Assembly: GCA_032718475.1 (NCBI GenBank)
Contig: JAUCBJ010001177.1
Span: forward strand, 1-33,817
DNA: 33,817 nucleotides
Direction of reading: 5' to 3'
Origin: Nemertoderma westbladi
Lineage: Eukaryota; Animalia; Xenacoelomorpha
Shown here one piece after another: positions 33,201 to 33,817 of this stretch; positions within the stretch are counted from its first letter, which is position 1, and the number at the start of each line of letters is the position of its first letter. The position numbers and the translations under genes were made by a program. The notes beneath the pieces are model-generated. The model ran no database searches. It was not told where the DNA came from and saw nothing but the letters and a program-made list of their open reading frames with translations.

Positions 33201-33817
33201 GAAAAACCCGTCGCTAGGAGAAAGGTAACACCAGTGTGTTATACAGATGATGGCGAAAGCCAGACTTCTCAAGGAGAAGATAGCGGGAAAGACACTGATA
33301 GATCTTATTACGTAAATAAAATGCCTAAAGATCAGGTAAGTAAATTCAAGTCTCGAACAAATGACAGGAGAGAACAGGTAAGAAAAACTCCTCCTACGTC
33401 TCCCAAGAGAATTCAGGTGAGAAAGCCCGAAGAAAAAGCAAGTGTACACAATGTGACTCAGAGTAAGGTGAGTAACATCAAACCGAAATGTGCGCTATGT
33501 GACGGGACCCATCGCTTAAATATGTGTGATGAATTTCTAAAGAAATCATTAGCTGAGAGACGTGAAGTCATGTGGGATAAGCGGTTATGTTATAATTGCC
33601 TCAGACAAGGACACCAACGGCGAACCTGTTACTCTGACATAAGGTGTGCAAAGTGTGGTGCGAAACATCATATCTTGTTGCACGCTGAATTCGAGCGAAA
33701 TAGTCCGAATCAGGTAAGTGATTCCGAACTACATGTCCAATTCAGTGATGTGAACGACACTGATCAATCTGAGATGGAAGGATTCTATACGGACGAGTTC
33801 TCCGACGAAAAAAAAAA
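30222..33817 (+). CDS. gag: BEL/Pao Gag(-Pol) polyprotein, >1190 codons, runs off the window end
   Basis: ATG at 30222 follows an in-frame TAA at 30213, and the frame is the same at every point checked. DUF1759/capsid-like segment FNGDEMKWLPF..EKLRFLIECLEG..VWDTLNIRYG at ~32640-32860. Zinc knuckles CALCDGTHRLNMC, CYNCLRQGHQRRTC and CAKCGAKHHILLH at 33489-33683. Confidence 0.9.
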   Translation, partial: MSDTKQNLSDSLLDVTICDSDKGVEPSTPKFSSPPTEVIPPVVITEPRLVQHRRSIIGTRAQVKRDQEAVEQQQPASQELISQRPDSSSSEDTVELTPERGARMTDAVYSDPLLILPAAVLTRLLIAVEEHQIDWARSKRSTKDSYAGYTKEELKSMVESQWNFPGPGLPFDLSEAAWEDIHRMGVAKETIDPAVWKRSAAGYAQGFFSSMERVEKQLLQQPQGPQEQGQLLYQVRERILRIRLILSAFEEASKRRQDTSLQVAVKTWFQRVSRQVQGTAQWKDQLEERSTHGESTDATFSQVESEATAEKPHKRDAIDIYLSDYQRFVGDEELRRRLEGLNPNSEGAQLVLDAIDVDRLAANQAKFDEQLRIARDQEERVKKKRIEDRKKAAVAAAEAERKAAEEESKAAEAERKAAAAEAEAKRKAAEMERKAAEMERKVAAAETEAKRKATEMERKATKAAAEAERIAAEEIAQLELENIQENQDCINKQLTASNMQMMNRSTPKRQGYTSSEEGDTTDTEGKGNRSHLSRRKRTFHRQKLPDLPPAVRRQLNNTNLGSTEPTDQIITIERLPTIVDEPEIIRPVPEATLSVVETPVLPEPTSQFPLHSTKLPVPSRTVRETVHTLDSEQNIHDLSPVVPRPPATTLANPASAVEWVDERRRGMDLLLGQMQETVQQFKGTVRESRLELQEVQQSIALERDKLVNTQRGIPPPPETMCQPVRSEVSHAQGVEPTRIYTASEVETPIVNSIKGNYRPVDNDIPYRPDHNPRNLYTDNSILNNTMAQESFTRQMARTEARQAVKVGEIVKFNGDEMKWLPFNEYDKDNIQNSVLSNGEKLRFLIECLEGSPKLMALKFIGHPDGLRQVWDTLNIRYGNRNNIAGYLYAKLVAPRKFMSSGIIEFSDEIQEICRQLDWLGKSHEYQNAMVIRAVASTLPKGGVGTRWDKKVLYMMEQQRRDPTMADLMSFLDGEVKLQLLKLSREKTPENKVSEKPVARRKVTPVCYTDDGESQTSQGEDSGKDTDRSYYVNKMPKDQVSKFKSRTNDRREQVRKTPPTSPKRIQVRKPEEKASVHNVTQSKVSNIKPKCALCDGTHRLNMCDEFLKKSLAERREVMWDKRLCYNCLRQGHQRRTCYSDIRCAKCGAKHHILLHAEFERNSPNQVSDSELHVQFSDVNDTDQSEMEGFYTDEFSDEKK

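Larger units (their letters stand above)
26807..33817 (+). mobile_element. BEL/Pao LTR retrotransposon, 5' portion (left boundary and LTR limits uncertain)
   Basis: Gag ORF has the BEL-specific triple Cys/His array. Candidate LTR start TGTAAG at 26807 and candidate end ...GAAGACA at 27924, followed by TGGCG at ~27933 (possible PBS). The 3' LTR is outside the window, so these limits are unverified. Confidence 0.7.

Noticed and set aside
30110-33449. Short minus-strand and alternate-frame ORFs (Phe/Cys/Leu-rich)
   Set aside because: Shadows of the purine-rich gag ORF.
33809-33817. Terminal A-run as a poly(A) tail
   Set aside because: Only nine A's, in frame (GAA AAA AAA) at the window edge; it cannot be distinguished from Lys codons without downstream sequence.

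Overview
This is AT-rich eukaryotic, very probably invertebrate animal, genomic DNA with spliceosomal introns; it is not a prokaryotic locus and has no CRISPR array. In order along the window: (1) a 5'-truncated CRE-clade non-LTR retrotransposon (RT plus restriction-like endonuclease) on the minus strand, with one in-frame stop; (2) a decayed CR1-group/L2-type LINE 3' fragment and a TTAA-terminated DNA-transposon-like element; (3) the last two coding exons of a + strand cystine-knot (CTCK-like) gene, whose final intron is almost filled by a ~13 kb array of a 44-bp satellite with no net indel; (4) a 27-bp minisatellite, a second TTAA-type remnant and an RTE LINE fragment; (5) a 1.4 kb terminal exon encoding three 4-Cys ShK-like domains and four resistin/PCSK9-CHRD-like Cys modules, the most unusual coding sequence here; (6) a G-rich 17-bp minisatellite; (7) the 5' part of a BEL/Pao LTR retrotransposon with a long repeat-containing leader and a gag ORF (30222 to the window end, absent from the ORF track) carrying a ~800-aa N-terminal extension. 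All domain calls are by motif recognition only; no searches were run.
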